Below the pieces are notes generated by a model. That model was not told where the DNA came from. It saw only the letters and a program-made list of their open reading frames with translations, and made no database searches. Both the position numbers and the translations under genes were made by a program. Positions 8,095 through 18,081 of a stretch of 64,000 bases of DNA are shown in pieces; position 1 is the first letter of the stretch; each line of letters opens with the position of its first letter. Source of the DNA: Candidatus Methanomethylophilaceae archaeon (GTDB lineage Archaea; Thermoplasmatota; Thermoplasmata; Methanomassiliicoccales; Methanomethylophilaceae); NCBI GenBank assembly GCA_944320495.1, contig CALUHR010000005.1, positions 160,001 to 224,000 of the forward strand, read 5' to 3'.

Positions 8095-10737
8095 ATGAAC
8101 AAACAGATGATGACAGCCATCGTTCTGATGGCAATACTGTCTCTGACGGGAATTCTGGCCGTCGCTCCAGCGATTGATGCGGAGGATGTTGCTGACAATC
8201 AGGCCCATGACGTCCAGAAAACTGTTCTGGACAGCGAATACCTCGCATCCATCGGGGATTCGATGAACTATTACCGGTTGACTGGGGATTTCATTCTCCA
8301 GGACGATACTCTTGACCTAGGAGGCAAATCGATCCAGTTCCAAGGGGATTGCTCCCTTGACCTTAATGGGAAGAGGCTTCAGGCCAACGGTAACGTGATT
8401 TCGGTTCAGACCAAGGACTCTGCTGGAACCACGTACATATATGACAGTTCAACCGAGGGTAACGGCACGATTTACTCATCGATTACATCAACAAGTAGCG
8501 GTGCCATCGTGAATACGGGGAACCTTGTCATCCAGAGCGGTATCATCGAATCCACTGGAATCACCGTGTTCAACAACAACTATGGCGGAACGATCTCAAT
8601 ATCTGGGGGGACTCTGAAGGGGAGTACTGCACTTGCGATGTGGAAGGGCGATCTCACCGTCAACGGAGGAAACTTCGAAGGAACAAACTGCGGAATCGAG
8701 GTTAGAGGCTGGGGAAGCAACAACGCCTCGGCAACAATTAATGCTGGTACGATCGAGGCACCGGCCGCCATCGTAGTAGAAGGCGGAAGGGGTTCGACAG
8801 AGCTCCTCGTGAATGGCGGCACTATCACCGGCACCAACTACGGAATCTCCGGCAACGGAACCTATGACAATACGGACATTACAATTGCTGGAGGAACAAT
8901 ATCCAGCAGCAACGCACCCGCGATCTATCATCCCCAGAAGGGCAACCTGACCATCAAAGGGAACGACACTACCATCACCGGACCCACGGGAGTGTTGTTC
9001 TGCGGTAGCGGAAGCATCGACATATCCGGAGGTAAGATCACTGGAACTGGTGCATATAACATGGATGATGCAGAATCCAGCGGAAACCTCCAGACAGGTT
9101 CCGCGATTTCTGTGGTTACCCGCGACGGATACTACGAAGATGGTGATACAACCACGCTCACCATTACAGGAGGAGAATTCGTCAGCCAGCAATCCAGCGC
9201 CGTTTCCGAGATGAGATACAGCTACGACGAGACGGCCGGTGCCATCGTCGGTTCCGACAATTCCATGAGGTCCATCGTCTCCAGCATATCCATCGGGGCG
9301 GGAACCTTCAAGGGTGCCGAAGGCAGCGATGCCATCGATATTGACGATGCGGGCGATGAAACGAGCATCAGCGGGGGATCGTTCTCCAGCGATGTGAGGG
9401 ATTACTGCGAACCCGGATTCGCCCCCGCCCAGGACGTGAACGGCAACTACGTAGTCTCCGAGGATCCAGACTATGTTTATGGCGTCACCGCCGCCGAGTT
9501 CCTAGCCACCGGCTCGTACTCCGACGACGGAAAGACCGTCACCTTCTTCCTCGACAGGGACTACAGGATCACCGACGGCACCATCTACTTCGCCGATCTG
9601 GCCGAGCAGGGATACGAGTCCATCTCCATCGCCGGGAACGGACATACGATTTACGGCGGCCTAAGGTTCGATGCGGACTACGAGGACGGCGAGAGCCAGA
9701 GCTATTCCGTGACCATCTCCGACCTCAACCTGGATGGCAAGGAAATCGCTGACTGGGGATACGGCATCGTGATCCAGAACCAGAGCCCCGTCTCCAACCC
9801 CGCCCGCACCATAGACTTCACCATGACCGGCGGATCGGTCAGGAACTTCGATTCCAAGGGCATCTACCTGATCAACGTCCAGTCCGTGTACATCCAGGGT
9901 GCCGAGATCGAGAACTGCGCCACCGTCCCCCACTACCACGACGAGGCCAACGAGGACTTCAAGTACTACGTCAGAGGGGACTACGCGGTGGACATCGACG
10001 TCACCGGCATCGAAGGCGCGGAGATCAGGATCGACGACGTCGCCTTCTCCGGCAAGACCGGAGCGGTCGCCGCCCTCAAGATCGCCCAGCGCGGAGGCGC
10101 TGGCGACAATCCCGACACCTGGGGCGACGCCTCCATCTACGGCGTCATCCTGAACGGGCTGGACTTCTCCGCCTCCGAGGCACCGCGTGACATCATGCTC
10201 GGCAGCGAGCCCAACATCACCGGAGACGACGAGGAGGAGCTCAGGGACTACAACTCCGCCTTCACCGTCCTGCTCTCCGCCAGCGGCGAGACGGTCCTCT
10301 CCGTCTGGGGGGACGACAGGAACGGCGACAGGAACCTGGACGTGACCCTCTCCGACGGGTCCATGCTTGGCACCTCCTGCGAGACCAGCGGCGGGGAGCA
10401 CGGGAAGATCGGCTTGGAGCTTCTCTCCGGCTCCGCGAAGGTCTCCGGAGTGCTGGGGCCGAACATGTCACTGAAGGCCGACGAGGATGCGGTCACGTTC
10501 GAGGACTTCGCCGACGAGAGCGAGGGCGGACTCGAGATCGTCGAGCCCGAGCCGGAGCTCCCGCCCTTCATACCGTTCCCGCCCGAGCAGGGTGGGGACC
10601 CCGTGGAGGTCTACCCGAGCGGGGACAGCGGATCCTCCGACGACAGCGACGACACCCTGAAGGTCGTGGCCGTGGCCGCCGCAGCGGTCATCGCGGCCAT
10701 ACTGGCCATCGTCCTTGCGTCCACATACCGCAAGTGA
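8095..10737 (+). CDS. Adhesin-like surface protein A (beta-helix-like repeats, C-terminal anchor)
   Basis: Signal peptide, repeated I.GG.I.G motifs, C-terminal PPFIPFPPEQGGDPVEVYPS, TM helix, RK. Confidence 0.85.
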   Translation: MNKQMMTAIVLMAILSLTGILAVAPAIDAEDVADNQAHDVQKTVLDSEYLASIGDSMNYYRLTGDFILQDDTLDLGGKSIQFQGDCSLDLNGKRLQANGNVISVQTKDSAGTTYIYDSSTEGNGTIYSSITSTSSGAIVNTGNLVIQSGIIESTGITVFNNNYGGTISISGGTLKGSTALAMWKGDLTVNGGNFEGTNCGIEVRGWGSNNASATINAGTIEAPAAIVVEGGRGSTELLVNGGTITGTNYGISGNGTYDNTDITIAGGTISSSNAPAIYHPQKGNLTIKGNDTTITGPTGVLFCGSGSIDISGGKITGTGAYNMDDAESSGNLQTGSAISVVTRDGYYEDGDTTTLTITGGEFVSQQSSAVSEMRYSYDETAGAIVGSDNSMRSIVSSISIGAGTFKGAEGSDAIDIDDAGDETSISGGSFSSDVRDYCEPGFAPAQDVNGNYVVSEDPDYVYGVTAAEFLATGSYSDDGKTVTFFLDRDYRITDGTIYFADLAEQGYESISIAGNGHTIYGGLRFDADYEDGESQSYSVTISDLNLDGKEIADWGYGIVIQNQSPVSNPARTIDFTMTGGSVRNFDSKGIYLINVQSVYIQGAEIENCATVPHYHDEANEDFKYYVRGDYAVDIDVTGIEGAEIRIDDVAFSGKTGAVAALKIAQRGGAGDNPDTWGDASIYGVILNGLDFSASEAPRDIMLGSEPNITGDDEEELRDYNSAFTVLLSASGETVLSVWGDDRNGDRNLDVTLSDGSMLGTSCETSGGEHGKIGLELLSGSAKVSGVLGPNMSLKADEDAVTFEDFADESEGGLEIVEPEPELPPFIPFPPEQGGDPVEVYPSGDSGSSDDSDDTLKVVAVAAAAVIAAILAIVLASTYRK

Positions 10738-10742
10738 TGACC

Positions 10743-10787
10743 AAACGAGGTCCACGAGACCTCACCTTACCGCCCCTCCGGGGGCGG
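10743..10787 (+). terminator. Double-hairpin 3' element, copy 1
   Basis: AAAC-GAGGTC/GACCTC stem then CTTA-CCGCCCC/GGGGCGG stem; recurs after all three cassettes. Confidence 0.6.
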
Positions 10788-10873
10788 ACATCCTTCACGG
10801 TCTATGATTCTCTGACCATTCACCACAGATACCTTGTTTAACCCATACCGCGATGCGAACCCTCAGTGCTTCA

Positions 10874-10941
10874 GATTGCACGCGGGGGGGGGGGGTCCGC
10901 TGTCTTCGGCTGTCCTCCCCGTCCTCCGTTCGGAGGGATAA
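10874..10941 (+). promoter_or_regulatory. Poly-G (G12) leader, copy 2
   Basis: G12 at 10884-10895; otherwise identical to copy 1 through GGAGGGA. Confidence 0.75.
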
Positions 10942-13900
10942 ATGAATAGCAAGACAGTGGCCATCGTCGCTACAGCGGTGGCCTTCATTCTGGTGCTGTG
11001 CGTAGTGGTACCCGTTTCCGAGGAATCGGAGGCCGCCGACTACAACATCAATGATTCGCAGTCACTGAAAGATAATATCAGCACGATAACCAATGCGATA
11101 GCCTCGCAGTCCGCAACGAGCGCAACATATAACATCAAAATCACCAGCGACATCGAACTGGATTCTCTGAACCTGGATTTCAGTGGAAACAGGACTGAGG
11201 CGAAAAAATACACGATCAACCTCGACATCGGAACCAAAGAGGATCCGAAGACACTGACCCTTGCAGGAACGGAGACGGGGTCGGGGATCACAATCGCCAA
11301 CAACGGCCTCGACAGCATCACGATAAACATCAGATATGGCAACATCATCGACAACCGCACCCCGACGACGGGTCCGATGTCCACAATAACCGTGCAGGGG
11401 CCCGGTGATGGAACCGGCACCACCAATGCCACACTGCTCAACATGAGCGTCTCCTCCACCGTTCCGTCGACCTCCGAATCCAGTTGCATCCTGTCCGTCT
11501 CGGATGGGGCCTCCGTCACGCTCAACAGTGCCGTCCTCAAGACGAACGGGAATGACGGAACCGTAGGGGTATCGATGGAGCCAAACAACGGTTCCAAGAC
11601 CACGACACTGAAGACATACTTCGACACCCTGGTTGAATCGTCCGCCCAGGGAATCCTGACGGAAGTCGGAAAGACATCAATCTCAATGTCCGGCAACACG
11701 CATATCGTCAGCACCGGCTCCAATGCAATACAGCAGGACGGGGGAAAACTCACCGTCAGCAGTGCCAAAGTCGTGGTGGAAGGGGCTGATTACGCCATCT
11801 CCAAGAACGCAGGGGACCTCGCCGTCTCTGGCGGATTAATCAAGGGAACAATCGGTGCCATAGAGAACACCGGTACCAACAAGATCAGCACTACTCTGAG
11901 TCAAAGCGGAGGGGTGTTCAGCAGCGACATATCCGACGCATGCAACATAACCTCGGAATATTCCGTCGTACGGGTCGGAGACAGATTCTACGGATCCTAT
12001 GAGGGAGAAGAACCCGTCGCATCCATTGGAGATGCGAAATACTCGTCTATAAGCTATGTCAACGCCGCGCTCCACAGTTCAGATGCGGATTCGTTCGAAG
12101 TGACCCTGCTTTCCAATACGAGTAGCTCAACATTCACGCCCTTGAATGATGTTACCATCAATCTGAATGGATACAACCTCGCTCTGACCAGAAGCGATGC
12201 TCTCGTGGTGGACGGATTCTCCGTCGAAATCACAGGAACAGGCACTTTGAGTCTTTCCGCCCTCTCTATTCTCGGATCGGACGACCCGAACGCCGAGAAC
12301 TACAGCACGCTGAAGATCGGAGAAAACGTCACCGTCAAAGTGACCAACGCCATCATAATCGGCGAGGCCGACAGACCCCACGGATATGGGGTCGTCGTCG
12401 ATGTGAACGGAAAGATTGACGCTTCCACCGAACAGGGAAGCGAACCCCCTCAGGGAATCACCGTCAACGGAACCCTCAAGGACACCACCGGCAACACCCC
12501 AGTCATCAACGTCAACGGCGAGATTCTCGCGGTCAATAACAGCTACGCAATCTACGCCGCCGGATACGCCACATGGAACATCTACGGCAAGGTATCTGGC
12601 GGAACGGGAATCGAGATCCGCGCCGGAAACGTCAACGTCTACGATGGATCGACGATAACATCAACGGCTGAGGGGTTCACCGAGAAGAAGAACCCCGACG
12701 GCCCGACCATGATCGGTGCGGGAATCGCCGTCAGCCAGCACACCACCAACCTCCCGATCGCCCTGAACATCGAGGGCGGGGACATCTCCGGACCCTACGC
12801 GCTCTACGAGAAGGACCTCGAGGACGACACCGGAACGGAAGACATAGGCATGGAAGTCACCGGAGGTACATTCACCGGAACCACAGCATCCGTGTCCAGC
12901 GAGAACGTCAAGGACTTCCTCGCGGGAGGAACGTTCCTCAAGCAGAATGGCAACGAGACGCCCGTGGCGGACACCTCTCTGAACGAATCCGACCTCCTGG
13001 CGGGGGACCGCACCATCGACGAGGACGGAGGCGTCACCCTCGCGAACGCCGTCGCGAAGGTCGGCTCCGTGGAATACGGCACCATCGCCGACGCCGTCGC
13101 CGCGGCCAAGAACGGCCAGATTGTCACCCTGCTGAAGGATACTGCCGAATCCATAACCATTTCTGGCAAGGACATCACCCTCGACCTCGGGACCTACACG
13201 CTCACCAACACCGCCAATGAGCACACGATCACCGTCGAGTCCGGCGCGACCCTCACCATCCAGGGGAACGGTACCGTCGACAACATCTCCCATGCCAAGG
13301 CGGCCGTCTCCAACGAGGAGGGCGGCACCGTGACCCTGGAGGGCGGAAGCTACACCCGCAGCAAAGAGGCGGGGATGTCTAGCAACGACAACGGAGGCAA
13401 CTCCTACTACAACATCCTGAACCAGGGCACCATGACCATCAAGGCGGGGGTCACCGTATCCCAGAAGGGGGTCTACTCCAGCCTCATAGACAACGGCTGG
13501 TTCGATACCGACGGAATGACCGGCGACCATGAGGCCAAACTCACGATCGAGGGCGGAACGTTCACGGGCGGCAAGTACACGGTCAAGAACGACGACTACG
13601 GCACCGTCGAGATCTATGGCGGCACGTTCACCAACACGGCGCAGGCGACCGTCCTCAATTGGAACGAGATGACGATCGACGGAGGCACGTTCGACGGAAC
13701 TGGTGCTGGAGCGGTCATCGTGAACGGCCATTACGCTGACAGCAGTGTCGGTAGCCTGACCGTCAAGAAGGGACAGTTCAACGGCACAGTCGGAATCAAG
13801 GACGGCGGCTACGGTACTGGGACGACCATCCTCGTAGAGGGAGGTGATTTCGACGTCAGCGGCGACGTGTTCAGCTTCACCGGCGGCGAGCCCGACGTCT

Positions 13901-14652
13901 CCGTGTCCGGAGGTACCTTCAACAAGACCTTCGACAGCAAGTACATGGCACCCGGAGTCACCATGGCCCAGAACCCCGACGGCACCTACGGCGTGGTCGA
14001 ATCCATAACCATCACGTTCGTCGACATCGACGGAACCACCCTCAAGCAGGTAGACATACCCAAGGGATCCTCGGTCCCCGCCGAGGAGATCCCCGCGTTC
14101 GGCACCGCCCCCGAGAACTACGCGTACCACTGGAACAGCGAGGACGTGGTCGACGTCTATCCGGACATCGATGTGTTCTATACGGACACGACCCTCACCG
14201 CGGCCCTTCACATAGAGCCCTTCGAGATAACCGTCGAGGTCTCCGGAAACACCGCGACTGCGGTGTTCGATGTGCCCGTGGATGGCTGCACCGTCAACGG
14301 ATACCTCTGGTTCTACGTGAACGGGGAATCGTTCGAGGATGTCGGATCCGACGCCTCCGTCACCCTTGACAGGGACGGACTGTACTATGTCCAGGTGGAG
14401 GTGGAGGATTCCGAAGGCATCGTCGGCTACGGTATAGGCTACACAGAGTACACCGCCGGATCGGAGCTTCCGCCCTTCATCCCCTTCCCGCCCGAGCAGG
14501 GAGGGGACCCGGTCGAGGTGTATCCGAGCGGAGACAGTAGTTCGTCGTCCGACGATGGAGACGGCACCCTGAAGGTCGTGGCCGTTGCGGCCGCGGCCGT
14601 CATCGCGGCCATTCTCGCCATCGTCCTCGCGTCCACCTACCGCAAGGACTGA
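10942..14652 (+). CDS. Adhesin-like surface protein B
   Basis: Signal peptide (SEESEAA), beta-helix-like repeats, VAKVGSVEYGTIADAVAAA module, same C-terminal motif and TM. Confidence 0.85.
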   Translation: MNSKTVAIVATAVAFILVLCVVVPVSEESEAADYNINDSQSLKDNISTITNAIASQSATSATYNIKITSDIELDSLNLDFSGNRTEAKKYTINLDIGTKEDPKTLTLAGTETGSGITIANNGLDSITINIRYGNIIDNRTPTTGPMSTITVQGPGDGTGTTNATLLNMSVSSTVPSTSESSCILSVSDGASVTLNSAVLKTNGNDGTVGVSMEPNNGSKTTTLKTYFDTLVESSAQGILTEVGKTSISMSGNTHIVSTGSNAIQQDGGKLTVSSAKVVVEGADYAISKNAGDLAVSGGLIKGTIGAIENTGTNKISTTLSQSGGVFSSDISDACNITSEYSVVRVGDRFYGSYEGEEPVASIGDAKYSSISYVNAALHSSDADSFEVTLLSNTSSSTFTPLNDVTINLNGYNLALTRSDALVVDGFSVEITGTGTLSLSALSILGSDDPNAENYSTLKIGENVTVKVTNAIIIGEADRPHGYGVVVDVNGKIDASTEQGSEPPQGITVNGTLKDTTGNTPVINVNGEILAVNNSYAIYAAGYATWNIYGKVSGGTGIEIRAGNVNVYDGSTITSTAEGFTEKKNPDGPTMIGAGIAVSQHTTNLPIALNIEGGDISGPYALYEKDLEDDTGTEDIGMEVTGGTFTGTTASVSSENVKDFLAGGTFLKQNGNETPVADTSLNESDLLAGDRTIDEDGGVTLANAVAKVGSVEYGTIADAVAAAKNGQIVTLLKDTAESITISGKDITLDLGTYTLTNTANEHTITVESGATLTIQGNGTVDNISHAKAAVSNEEGGTVTLEGGSYTRSKEAGMSSNDNGGNSYYNILNQGTMTIKAGVTVSQKGVYSSLIDNGWFDTDGMTGDHEAKLTIEGGTFTGGKYTVKNDDYGTVEIYGGTFTNTAQATVLNWNEMTIDGGTFDGTGAGAVIVNGHYADSSVGSLTVKKGQFNGTVGIKDGGYGTGTTILVEGGDFDVSGDVFSFTGGEPDVSVSGGTFNKTFDSKYMAPGVTMAQNPDGTYGVVESITITFVDIDGTTLKQVDIPKGSSVPAEEIPAFGTAPENYAYHWNSEDVVDVYPDIDVFYTDTTLTAALHIEPFEITVEVSGNTATAVFDVPVDGCTVNGYLWFYVNGESFEDVGSDASVTLDRDGLYYVQVEVEDSEGIVGYGIGYTEYTAGSELPPFIPFPPEQGGDPVEVYPSGDSSSSSDDGDGTLKVVAVAAAAVIAAILAIVLASTYRKD

Positions 14653-14657
14653 TGGAT

Positions 14658-14700
14658 AAACGAGGTTCTCCGAACCTCCCTTACCGCCCCTTCGGGGCGG
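14658..14700 (+). terminator. Double-hairpin 3' element, copy 2
   Basis: AAAC-GAGGTT/AACCTC then CTTA-CCGCCCC ttc GGGGCGG. Confidence 0.6.
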
Positions 14701-14754
14701 TTTCTCACCATACCCTCTTAAGACCCCATAGCACGATTCTCCCCCCGCATGAAA

Positions 14755-14824
14755 ATGCACGCGGGGGGGGGGCGACCGATTCTGTCTTCCCTCCTCGTCC
14801 TCCGCATAAAAAGGAGGGAAACGA
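14755..14824 (+). promoter_or_regulatory. Poly-G (G10) leader, copy 3 (diverged)
   Basis: TGCACGC-G10(14763-14772)...TTCCCTCCTCGT-CCTCC gcataaaaa GGAGG-gaaacga-ATG; stem kept, loop changed. Confidence 0.7.
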
Positions 14825-16333
14825 ATGAACAGAGCAGCTTTTGCGGCCATTCTCATAGCCGCCATCACCGCCCTGTCCATGATGGTATCCATGCCATCGA
14901 TGGAGGCCGAGGTTACGGACACCTGGGACGGTACCGCCGACATATCATGGTATGACGGCATGAAAACCGAGTATCATATCGACACGGCGGAGAAGCTTGC
15001 CGGACTGGCACAGATCGTGAATGGGGATCCAGCCGAAGAGTTGGAAGGGATCACGGTATACCTCGATGCCGACCTAGACATATCCGGGCATGAATGGGAT
15101 GCCATCGGACAGGGGAACAACGCATCTGGATTCTTCGGAGGGATATTCGACGGACAGGGGCACGAGGTCAGGGGACTGACCCAGCACGAGGCTGAAAGCA
15201 TCGGCCTGTTCTCCGTTATAGGGATGAGCGGTGCCGTCAGGAACCTCGGCGTAACGGAAGCCGACATCGATTACACCGGGAATCGCCTGGATGCCGGCAT
15301 CCTCGCGTCGTGGGTCGACGGAGGGGTGATCGAGGATTGCTACTCGACTGGTTCGATGTACATCGGAATGAACATGCTGATCGGAGGCCTCATCGGCCAG
15401 TGCACCGCGGGTGCGAGAGTCATAGGATGCTACTCCTCTGCCGATGTGACCGTAAACACGCCTGGGGAGGATATGACGGTTGGCGGCGTCATCGGACAAT
15501 GGGAGAATTCCACCGATGCGTCCCTGATCAAGGACTGCTACTTCTCAGGAAGCATACATGAGATAGGAGCCGGAGGCGCCGCGGTGGGCGGGATACTGGG
15601 GGCCAACTTCGATTTCTCCGGTCAGCCCGGCGTAGACATCGAGGGATGCTTCGTGACCGCGACAGACCTCGTAAGTTCTAACATGGACAACATCCTCTGG
15701 ATCGGGGCGTTAGTGGACGGCAACGTCTCGAATTGCTACTGGCCATCGGAGCCGGAAGAGCGTATGACCGTCGTCAAGATGGTGGTGGACTGGGATGCAG
15801 GTACCGCATCGGCCGATCCGGATTTCGATCAGAGCACCTGCGGCAGTGCCGTCACCGACTTCTCGACGGACGAGTTCCTCCAGACCCTCAATGGCGGAGG
15901 GGACACATGGATCGCGGGTCCGGACGGACATCCCATCCATTCCTGGGACGCCGTCAACCACCCCGCGGACTACTCCGAGGTGGAGGAGGCAGTCGCCATC
16001 GCTGGAGGGATGGATAGCTCCGACTACTCGAACTGGGAAACCGTTCAGTCCGCCATCGACGCCGTCGACTATGGCCTCACGTTCGACAGGCAGGCGGAGG
16101 TCGACGCCATGGCCCAGGTAATCCTGGATTCGATTGACGGTCTGGAACACGCTCTGCCTCCATTCATACCGTTCCCGCCCGAGCAGGGAGGGGACCCCGT
16201 AGAGGTGTATCCCAGCCAGGACAGCGATTCATCCGATGAGGATGGATCCATGAAGGTAGTCGCAGTCGCGGCCGCCGCTGTGATTGCGGCGATTCTCGCA
16301 ATCGTGCTGGCGTCCACATATCGTCACGACTAA
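14825..16333 (+). CDS. Adhesin-like surface protein C (GLUG-like repeats plus FIVAR-like module)
   Basis: WDGTADISWY...TAEKLAGLA, GGLIGQ/GGVIGQ/GGILG repeats, ADYSEVEEAV...QAEVDAMA helical module, shared C-terminal motif. Confidence 0.8.
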   Translation: MNRAAFAAILIAAITALSMMVSMPSMEAEVTDTWDGTADISWYDGMKTEYHIDTAEKLAGLAQIVNGDPAEELEGITVYLDADLDISGHEWDAIGQGNNASGFFGGIFDGQGHEVRGLTQHEAESIGLFSVIGMSGAVRNLGVTEADIDYTGNRLDAGILASWVDGGVIEDCYSTGSMYIGMNMLIGGLIGQCTAGARVIGCYSSADVTVNTPGEDMTVGGVIGQWENSTDASLIKDCYFSGSIHEIGAGGAAVGGILGANFDFSGQPGVDIEGCFVTATDLVSSNMDNILWIGALVDGNVSNCYWPSEPEERMTVVKMVVDWDAGTASADPDFDQSTCGSAVTDFSTDEFLQTLNGGGDTWIAGPDGHPIHSWDAVNHPADYSEVEEAVAIAGGMDSSDYSNWETVQSAIDAVDYGLTFDRQAEVDAMAQVILDSIDGLEHALPPFIPFPPEQGGDPVEVYPSQDSDSSDEDGSMKVVAVAAAAVIAAILAIVLASTYRHD

Positions 16334-16338
16334 TCCAT

Positions 16339-16383
16339 AAACGAGACCCGAAGGGTCTCCCTTACCGCCCCCATCGGGGGCGG
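16339..16383 (+). terminator. Double-hairpin 3' element, copy 3
   Basis: AAAC-GAGACCC gaa GGGTCTC then CTTA-CCGCCCCC atc GGGGGCGG. Confidence 0.6.
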
Positions 16384-16400
16384 GACATCCCGTTCTGAAA

Positions 16401-16464
16401 TTGCTATGTTATAACACATCATTCTCCCTTTCAAATTGAATTTGCTATGTTATAACACATCATT
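16401..16464. promoter_or_regulatory. Operator-like 23-bp direct repeat upstream of the AAA ATPase
   Basis: TTGCTATGTTATAACACATCATT at 16401-16423 and 16442-16464 (internal palindrome TGTTATAACA); TTTATAA at 16476. Confidence 0.65.
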
Positions 16465-16503
16465 TTCAAAATCAATTTATAATCCGATGTGATACAACAC
16501 ATC

Positions 16504-17709
16504 ATGTCCTCCGAAACCCCCATCCCCCGCGAACACTACATGGAACGCATCCGCCAAGCCCGCGACACCCCTTTCATCAAGGTCCTCACGGGCATCCGCA
16601 GGTGCGGCAAGTCCACCCTCCTGGGCATGTTCATCGACGAGCTCAGGGCGTCCGGCGTCGCCGACGACAGGATCTTCTCCGTCAACCTGGACGACGAGGG
16701 GTGCGGCATCGGAACCTACGCGGAACTCATCTCAGCCGTCGAATCCCATATCCCCGAACTCGAAGGCTCCTACATCTTCCTGGACGAGGTCCAGAACATC
16801 CCCGAGTGGGAGCGCGCCGTCTCCACGTTCTACGTCCGCAAGGCGGACGTGTACATCACCGGCTCCAACTCGAACATGCTGTCCTCGGAGCTGGCCACCA
16901 AGCTCTCGGGCAGGGCGCTGGAGATTCCCGTCCGCCCTCTCGTCTTCTCCGAGTACGTCGGGTTCCGCGGGATCGACGACCGCCGCAGGCTGTTCGAGGA
17001 CTACATCCGCTACGGCGGGTTCCCCGCCGTCGCCCTGATGATGGATCGGATGCCCACGCAGGTGCCGTCCGTCCTCGAGGGGATCTACAACACCGTGTTC
17101 AACAAGGATGTAGCAGGGAGACACGAGATCCGCGGGACCGCCACAATCTCCAACCTCTGCCGCTACATGATGCGGAACATCGGCGACCGCACCTCCGCCC
17201 GCGGTGCGGCCGAGTACCTTACGAGCAAAGGGCTCCGCACCCAGCCCGCGACCATCGAGCAGTACATCGGCTTCCTGGAGGAGGCCATGCTGTTCTCCAG
17301 GGCCAAGCGCCTGGACTCCAAGACGAAGGAGTACCTCCGCACCTCGGACAAGTACTACGTCTCGGACCTGGGCATCAGGAACGTCCTGGTGCCGTTCACG
17401 CCGAACGACCTGGACGGCATCCTCGAGAACGTCGTCTACAACGAGCTCCTGTACAGGTACGGAGGGGCCGTCGTCGTGTCCGTGGGGAACACCGAGGTGG
17501 ACTTCATGACCGAGCCCTCGGAACCCGCGTCGTACTACCAGGCGTCGGTGAGCGTTGCCAACCCGGAGACGCTGGAGAGGGAGCTACGCTCCCTCCGGGC
17601 GCTGGACGACAACTACCCGAAGACGGTGGTGACGCTGGAGAGGTACCCGATCCCCGACGTCGGGGGCATCGCCGTGAGGGAGGTCGTCGATTGGCTGCTG
17701 GAGGGATGA
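16504..17709 (+). CDS. AAA_14-type ATPase with DUF4143 C-terminal domain
   Basis: GIRRCGKST Walker A, FLDEVQ Walker B, YITGSNS, YGGFP, KYYVSDLGIRN, LENVVYNEL, EVDF. Confidence 0.9.
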   Translation: MSSETPIPREHYMERIRQARDTPFIKVLTGIRRCGKSTLLGMFIDELRASGVADDRIFSVNLDDEGCGIGTYAELISAVESHIPELEGSYIFLDEVQNIPEWERAVSTFYVRKADVYITGSNSNMLSSELATKLSGRALEIPVRPLVFSEYVGFRGIDDRRRLFEDYIRYGGFPAVALMMDRMPTQVPSVLEGIYNTVFNKDVAGRHEIRGTATISNLCRYMMRNIGDRTSARGAAEYLTSKGLRTQPATIEQYIGFLEEAMLFSRAKRLDSKTKEYLRTSDKYYVSDLGIRNVLVPFTPNDLDGILENVVYNELLYRYGGAVVVSVGNTEVDFMTEPSEPASYYQASVSVANPETLERELRSLRALDDNYPKTVVTLERYPIPDVGGIAVREVVDWLLEG

Positions 17710-18081
17710 GGTTCCGAGAACCTACCGCGATGACGGCACGCGTCGTGCGTTCCCTGGCATCGGTTAAATACGCATCGGGCGATGGTTCCTCAGAGGTCCA
17801 GAAATATCTTTCCTACGTCCGTCCAAGAGGAAGACCGCTCCCAAACCCACCCCGCTCCAGATCGCGATCAGGGACGTCGATGGCAAAAACTACATAACCA
17901 TCGACGACGACAAGGTCCCCATAGTCGATGTCATGTGTACCCTCTGGTATGTGGAGGTGGATGATCTGGGGGAGATCACGGCCACGGAGAGGGGACGCGG
18001 GATCATGGATGGGACCATAAAGACCGATTATACAGTCCCCCGGTTCCTCATAGGCTACATGGCCGAGAGGGAGGGCTGCCG

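Noticed and set aside
16401-16506. AT-rich direct repeats as a mini-CRISPR
   Set aside because: Only two full copies with an 18-nt gap, next to a TATA box, with no cas genes; fits an operator better.
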